Assembly (NCBI GenBank): GCA_965206075.1
Contig: CBDBIS010000001.1
Location: 12,928-76,927 of the forward strand
Direction of reading: 5' to 3'
Length of the DNA stretch: 64,000 bases
From: Alphaproteobacteria bacterium
GTDB lineage: Bacteria > Pseudomonadota > Alphaproteobacteria > Bin95
A program made the position numbers and the translations under genes. The notes beneath the pieces are model-generated. The model saw only the letters and a list, made by a program, of their open reading frames with translations. It was not told the DNA's origin and searched no databases. Below are positions 58,982 to 64,000 of this stretch, piece by piece; position 1 is the first letter of the stretch, and every line of letters begins with the position of its first letter.

Positions 58982-60246
58982 TGGGCCCCGGCGTCCGACA
59001 GGTCCAGCATGGCGCCCTGTTTCCTCAGCGCCTGGCGGACGGCGGCGACTCCGAAGCGGCCGTCGGCTTCGAGCGCGGCGGCGATGCCGGCCGCCTGGCC
59101 GGTCGCGTAGGCGGTGCCCATGACCCGGATGGCGGCCCCGGCCTTCCGGTCCCCGTCGGCGAGGCGCCCGGCGCAGAACAGGTTCGCCGTGTCCGCGCTG
59201 CGCAGGCAACCGAGCGGTATCTCGTAGGCGCCGCGCTCCGGCGGGTAGTCGTAGGTGCTCCAGTACGTGGCACGGTCGTGCCATTCCGCGCCCCAGCCGC
59301 CGAGCGCGATACAGTCGTCGAACCGCGTCCGATTTTCGATGTCGGCCCAGGCGAGCTGCCGCAGGCAGTTGAGATGCCGCGACTCGCGCGTGCCGAATTC
59401 CGGGCCCGTTGCGACGAGATAGGCGTTTTCGCAGCCTTCGACGGTCCGGAGCGCGTCCAGATAGACCCAGGCCTGCCGCCGGCCCCGGGCCTCCGCTGCC
59501 GACATGGAGAGGCTGTCGCGCGGGTCGTAGTCTTCCGAAGCGAGATAGACCACGAGATCGCCCGATATGGGCAGGCGCGCGACGACGCTGCGGTCCTTGG
59601 TGACGGCGTTCGCCTTCGCTCCCAGGCCCGCTACCGCCTCCGCAATGCGCTCGGCCGTCACGGGCACGGAAGGGGCGATGCCGCCGAACCGCGTGCCGAG
59701 CGTGCCGAGATTGATGTCGGCGCCGTTGCCGTAGCGCGTGCTCGCGCCGGCGAAGGCGGCGAGGTCGCCTTCTCCCGTGCAATCCACGAAAGCCCTGGCG
59801 GAGAAGGTCGCAAGGCCGGAATGGCCGGCGACCGCGATGCTGCGCATCCGGCCGTTGCGCCGCTCCGCGTCGGCGACGAAGCTGGAGAACATCACGGTCA
59901 CGCCGGCCGCCGCAGCGAGGTCGTCGAGGACGGGTTTCACCGCTTCCGGCTCGAAGGTGACGAACACGCCCCGGTGCCGGTGCGGCCCGTCGACGGCGCC
60001 CCGCCTGCGCAAGCCCTGCATGACCTCTTCGGCGACGCCGCCGACGACGCGGCGCGGCGTCTCCCCGAGCGTGTAGAGGCCGCAATAGGTGACGACGTTG
60101 CGCATCGTCGCTGCGCCGCCCAGGCAGTTGTAGCGCTCGACGAGAAGCGTCCGGGCGCCCAGGCGCGCGCTCGCCACCGCTGCCGCCACGCCCGCCGACC
60201 CGCCGCCGGCGACGATGACATCGTAGTTTTCACGATCGGCCGTCAT
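58978..60246 (-). CDS. FAD-dependent oxidoreductase
   Basis: DVIVAGGGSAGVAAA dinucleotide-binding motif. FAD_oxidored family. Confidence 0.8.
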   Translation of the reverse strand: MTADRENYDVIVAGGGSAGVAAAVASARLGARTLLVERYNCLGGAATMRNVVTYCGLYTLGETPRRVVGGVAEEVMQGLRRRGAVDGPHRHRGVFVTFEPEAVKPVLDDLAAAAGVTVMFSSFVADAERRNGRMRSIAVAGHSGLATFSARAFVDCTGEGDLAAFAGASTRYGNGADINLGTLGTRFGGIAPSVPVTAERIAEAVAGLGAKANAVTKDRSVVARLPISGDLVVYLASEDYDPRDSLSMSAAEARGRRQAWVYLDALRTVEGCENAYLVATGPEFGTRESRHLNCLRQLAWADIENRTRFDDCIALGGWGAEWHDRATYWSTYDYPPERGAYEIPLGCLRSADTANLFCAGRLADGDRKAGAAIRVMGTAYATGQAAGIAAALEADGRFGVAAVRQALRKQGAMLDLSDAGAQ

Positions 60247-60288
60247 CGCATCGCTCTCCCCGGCCGTCCCGCTGTCGGGACTTCCTGC

Positions 60289-61281
60289 TTATGAGACGAA
60301 GGGATGGGAGGCCCAGGCGCGGCGGAGCGCGGCGAGCGCGTCCTCCTCCAGCGGCCCGAGGCCGGGCGCGGCAAGCGCCTGGCGGACATGCGCCATCTCG
60401 GCCACGCCGAACACCACGGTCGAGACTGCGGGATGGGCGAGGCCGAACCGGATCGCCGTCTGCGACCGCGTTTCGCTGCGCTCGCCGAGTGCAGTTCGCA
60501 CCGCCCGGGCGCGCGCCTCTTCCGCCGCCATTTCCGCGTTGGCCGTGATCGGGATTTCGCGCCCGTGGCGCTCGTCCGCCGCGAGCACGCCGGCTGCGAA
60601 GATGCGGATGTTCATCACGCCCACATCGTGTTCCCGGCAGGTGTCCAGCAGGCCGGTAAAGTCCGAATCCGACCAGTCGGCGCTCATGCCGTCGCCGAGC
60701 GCGAACCCCGCCGTCGGGTTCAGCATGTTGTAATAGACCTGCGCCATGTCGAAGCGGCCCGACGCGATGGCTGCGCGGACGGTCGGCCCGTCGCCGAGCG
60801 CAGTGAAGCCCACATGGTCGAACAGGCCCTCCTCGCGAAGCCGGTCGAAACAGTCGATGACCCCGAGCGCCTCGTCGAGCGTGAGAGTCGCGCGGTCCGG
60901 CTCCGCGGGAACCAGGGGGTTGTGCAGGATCAGCAGGTCCACCCGGTCCATGCGAAGCCGTTCCAGGCTGCCCTCTATCGACGCGCGGACCTGGTCCGGG
61001 AAATTGTCGCGCCGCGTCGCGTCCAGCCGGACCTTGGTGCTGATATGCGGGCGCTTCTCCGCCGGCAGCTCCCCGACCAGCCAACCGATCGCCTTCTCGG
61101 ACTCGCCCCCGCCATAGTCTGCCGCCGTGTCGACCCAGTTCATGCCGGCATCGAGGCAGGCCGCGATGCATTCCCGCTTCACATCGTCCGGCTGGTGGAG
61201 CAGCAATCCGCCCACAAAGCCGCCTCCGAGCGTCATTTCCGAAATCTCGACATTCGTGCGGCCGAAACGTCGCCTGTTCAT
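60289..61281 (-). CDS. Aldo/keto reductase
   Basis: AKR family (DTAADYGGGESE, LILHNP). Start refined to MNRRRFG. Confidence 0.85.
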   Translation of the reverse strand: MNRRRFGRTNVEISEMTLGGGFVGGLLLHQPDDVKRECIAACLDAGMNWVDTAADYGGGESEKAIGWLVGELPAEKRPHISTKVRLDATRRDNFPDQVRASIEGSLERLRMDRVDLLILHNPLVPAEPDRATLTLDEALGVIDCFDRLREEGLFDHVGFTALGDGPTVRAAIASGRFDMAQVYYNMLNPTAGFALGDGMSADWSDSDFTGLLDTCREHDVGVMNIRIFAAGVLAADERHGREIPITANAEMAAEEARARAVRTALGERSETRSQTAIRFGLAHPAVSTVVFGVAEMAHVRQALAAPGLGPLEEDALAALRRAWASHPFVS

Positions 61282-61340
61282 GGGGCCGGGTCTCCGATGG
61301 TGTCCTGGGATGAAATATGCCGGCGCTTCGGCGCGCCCCG

Positions 61341-62117
61341 TCAGCCGCCGGCCGCGAAGGAAGAGCGGAAGGCCCACCGCGTGGTTCGCATCTCGATGAA
61401 AGCGAACAGCGCATACATGGCGATGCCTTCGATGGCGAGCGCAACCAGCCCGGCGAAGACGAGCGGCATCTGGAAGTTCGTGCCCGCCACGCTCATCAGG
61501 TAGCCGATGCCGGCATTGGCCGCGATGGTCTCGGAAACGACCGAGCCGACGAAGGCGAGCGTGATCGCAACCTTCAGCGAGCCGTAGAAGTAGGGCTGGG
61601 CGCGCGGAATGCCGACCTTGAGGATGACGTCCAGCTTTCGCGCCCCGAGCGCGCGCAGCACGTCCTCCAGCTCCGGCTCCGTGGTGGCGAGCCCGGTGGC
61701 GACATTCACCACGATGGGGAAGAAGGAGATGAGGAACGCGGTCAGGATCGCCGGGATTTCGCCGATGCCGAACCAGATGACCAGGATCGGCACGACGGCG
61801 ACCTTGGGGATCGAGTTGAAGCCCACCATCACCGGGTAAAGCCCGCGATAGATCGCCCGCGACCAGCCGACGATCATGCCGAGGACGACGCCGAACGCGA
61901 CCGCGATGGCGAATCCGGCGAGCGTCGTCCACATGGTCGCGCCGGAATGCCGGAGCAGCGGTTTCCAGTGCGTTACTGCGGCCTCGACGATGGCGGAAGG
62001 CGCGGGCAGGATGATCGGGTTGATGCCGAAGAGCTGGCAGACCGCCTCCCAGACAATGAACAGGCCGAGCGTGAACGCCACAGGCGCGGACTGCTCCACT
62101 AGGGACGCCCGCATCAT
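61341..62117 (-). CDS. ABC transporter permease (NitT/TauT/SsuC family)
   Basis: SsuC-like permease sequence. Start refined to MMRASLV. Confidence 0.85.
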   Translation of the reverse strand: MMRASLVEQSAPVAFTLGLFIVWEAVCQLFGINPIILPAPSAIVEAAVTHWKPLLRHSGATMWTTLAGFAIAVAFGVVLGMIVGWSRAIYRGLYPVMVGFNSIPKVAVVPILVIWFGIGEIPAILTAFLISFFPIVVNVATGLATTEPELEDVLRALGARKLDVILKVGIPRAQPYFYGSLKVAITLAFVGSVVSETIAANAGIGYLMSVAGTNFQMPLVFAGLVALAIEGIAMYALFAFIEMRTTRWAFRSSFAAGG

Positions 62118-62878
62118 TGCCGGACCTCCGAAATGCGGCTGCGCAGGTCGTGGACGATATCCACGAATTCGGGCTCGAAGCAGATGTCGAGCTCGCGCGG
62201 GCGCGGCAGGCCGATGGCGCGCGAGGCCACGATCCGGCCCGGCCGCGCGCTCATGACATGGACCGTATCGGCGAGGAAGGCGGCTTCCCTGAGGTCGTGC
62301 GTGACGAGGATGACGGTGAAGCCGATCCGCGCCCAGAGGTCGCGCAGCACGCACCAGAGCTCCTCGCGCGTGAAAGCGTCGAGGGCTGCAAACGGCTCGT
62401 CCAGCATGAGCAGCGCAGGCTCGTGGATGAGCGCCCGGCAAAGCGAGGTTCGCTGTTGCATGCCTCCCGAAAGCTCCCAGGGAAAGCGCTCGGCAAAGCC
62501 GTCGAGCCCTACCAGCGCCAGCAGCCCGTCCGCGCGCTCGGCATATTCCGCCTTGTTCCTGCGGAACCGCCGACGGTGCGGTTCGACGATCTCCAGCGGC
62601 AGCAGGACATTGTCCCGGATGGTCCGCCAAGGCAGCAGGTTGGCGTTCTGGAACGCCATGCCGGCGATCTTGACCGGCCCCTCCACGGTGGCCCCGTCCA
62701 CCGCAATGCGCCCTGCGGTCGGCCGGACGAGGCCGGTGGCAAGCTTCATCAGCGTGGACTTGCCGCACCCCGACGGGCCGACCACGGCGGCGAAGGCGCC
62801 GCGCTCCACATTCAGGTCCAGTCCCTGGACTGCGGTGACGCCTCCGCCGGCGGAAGCGCCCGCATAGGTGAGCGTCAC
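62114..62878 (-). CDS. ABC transporter ATP-binding protein (SsuB/TauB-like)
   Basis: Walker A GPSGCGKST, LSGGMQQR, LLMDEPFAALD. Confidence 0.88.
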   Translation of the reverse strand: MTLTYAGASAGGGVTAVQGLDLNVERGAFAAVVGPSGCGKSTLMKLATGLVRPTAGRIAVDGATVEGPVKIAGMAFQNANLLPWRTIRDNVLLPLEIVEPHRRRFRRNKAEYAERADGLLALVGLDGFAERFPWELSGGMQQRTSLCRALIHEPALLMLDEPFAALDAFTREELWCVLRDLWARIGFTVILVTHDLREAAFLADTVHVMSARPGRIVASRAIGLPRPRELDICFEPEFVDIVHDLRSRISEVRQ

Positions 62879-62936
62879 GTCCTCGACGATAACGATGGCG
62901 CGTCCTCCCCCCCTTTTGCGGGCGTCCGGTCAGGCG

Positions 62937-63977
62937 TTAAAGCTGGCGGTCCGCAGCAGGAGGCAGGTAGGACGAATCGAAGACCGCCGAAGGCTCCGGT
63001 CGGTTGGTGAACTCGTAGGTGACGCCGATCTGGTCGAGCGATGTGGCCAGCCTGTCCGCATCCACGCCGCCGAAGCCGTTCTGCTTCACCTCATCGGTCA
63101 CGATATTGTCGCGGATCGCCATTTTGAGCCGTGCAAGCTCAAGCGCCTCGTCGGCGATCTCGTTGCGCTTCATGACGGACTTGATCGCGGTCTCAGGGTC
63201 GGCGACGGCGGCCTGGACGCCCCTGATAGTCGCGGCGACGAAGCCCCTGACGACTTCCGGGTTGGCCTTGGCGTAGTCCGTGTTGACCATGATCGCGTTG
63301 CCGTAGAGCTGCAGCCCGTAGTCGGCCATCATCATGACCTTCACGTCCTCCGGCGCGATGCCGTTGCGGATCAGGTTGAAGTGGGACGAGAAGGAATAGC
63401 CGGTGATGGCATCGACCTCGCCGCGGGCCAGCATCGGCTCGCGCACCGGGAAGCCCACATTCTCAATCTGCACCTTGGAGGCGTCGATGCCGTTTTCCTT
63501 CACGAAGGCCTTCCACTGGGCGTAGGCCCCGTCCGGCGCCGGCGCGCCGAGGATGCGGCCTTCCAGGTCCTTCGGCTTCAGCACGCCCCGTTCCGCGGTC
63601 GAGACGATGGCGAAAGGCGGGCGGTTATAGACCATCAGCACGGCGGTCACCGGCGAGCCCGGGTTCTGGTCCAGGAACTTGGCGAGCGAGTTGATGTCCA
63701 TGAAGCCGATGGGATAGGTGCCGGCGGCGATGCGCGTGATGCCCTTCACGGAGCCCGGACCGGAGTCGATGGTGACGTCGAGCCCTTCGTCGGCGTAGTA
63801 GCCATTGTCTATGGCGACGAAATAGGGCGCCGACGGACCCTCGAATTTCCAGTCGAGCGCGAACTTGACGGCGGTTTCCGCGGCGGCGGCATGCGCCGCA
63901 AACGCAAGCGTGGCTGCCGAGAGGAGAGCTGCGCCCTGCCGGCGCAGTCGAGCAAAGCGAATGAAGTCTGACATCAT
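62937..63977 (-). CDS. ABC transporter substrate-binding protein (NMT1/SsuA/TauA family)
   Basis: Signal peptide plus SsuA-like periplasmic binding domain. Confidence 0.85.
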   Translation of the reverse strand: MMSDFIRFARLRRQGAALLSAATLAFAAHAAAAETAVKFALDWKFEGPSAPYFVAIDNGYYADEGLDVTIDSGPGSVKGITRIAAGTYPIGFMDINSLAKFLDQNPGSPVTAVLMVYNRPPFAIVSTAERGVLKPKDLEGRILGAPAPDGAYAQWKAFVKENGIDASKVQIENVGFPVREPMLARGEVDAITGYSFSSHFNLIRNGIAPEDVKVMMMADYGLQLYGNAIMVNTDYAKANPEVVRGFVAATIRGVQAAVADPETAIKSVMKRNEIADEALELARLKMAIRDNIVTDEVKQNGFGGVDADRLATSLDQIGVTYEFTNRPEPSAVFDSSYLPPAADRQL

Positions 63978-64000
63978 GGGTCTCGTTCTCCCGTTTTGTG

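Overview
High-GC (~68%) alphaproteobacterial (Rhizobiales-like) chromosomal segment. It is dense with housekeeping and catabolic genes and interrupted by several short mosaic intergenic zones.

Supported genes, in order:
- htpG (3' end) and a def-fmt-truA operon.
- A GlxA/AraC-controlled cluster: 3-hydroxyanthranilate dioxygenase, a DHDPS-family protein and an aminomethyltransferase.
- A copper-homeostasis cluster: HupE, a MoxR-VWA-PCu(A)C operon, CueR with a textbook CueR operator, DUF4396 and a cytochrome c.
- An LPS core cluster: msbA, DUF374, waaA, lpxK.
- A Liv-type ABC importer followed by PhyH, DapA-like and 2OG-oxygenase genes.
- A divergent oxyR-katG pair.
- cimA, a SpoU methyltransferase, ftsY, mtaB, dapF, a tRNA-Val, metY, an IS481-family IS, kynU and a sulfonate-type ABC importer.

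The most unusual content is listed below.
1. An orphan phage terminase-small-subunit-like protein has an acidic, poly-Lys tail, and its 3' end lies inside a 3x TGTCATG iteron array with 10-bp period. A degenerate paralogous cassette (promoter, ~115-bp conserved GC-rich leader, iteron array) sits in a 1.7-kb noncoding region at 7.0-8.7 kb.
2. An AbiEii/DUF1814-type nucleotidyltransferase has a short overlapping upstream partner, a candidate type IV TA or abortive-infection module.
3. A HigA-family antitoxin gene overlaps a GIY-YIG small nuclease gene in an AT-rich islet.
4. Several families of REP/RIME-like hairpin repeats and MITE-like elements are present; some have 'TACCAGCGG' terminal inverted repeats and one has perfect 23-bp TIRs at the ybdK stop. 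The IS481 copy is inserted at a CTAG at the edge of one repeat.

No CRISPR array, rRNA or integrase was seen. All coordinates come from the ORF track plus manual start-codon refinement and are approximate to a few nt.
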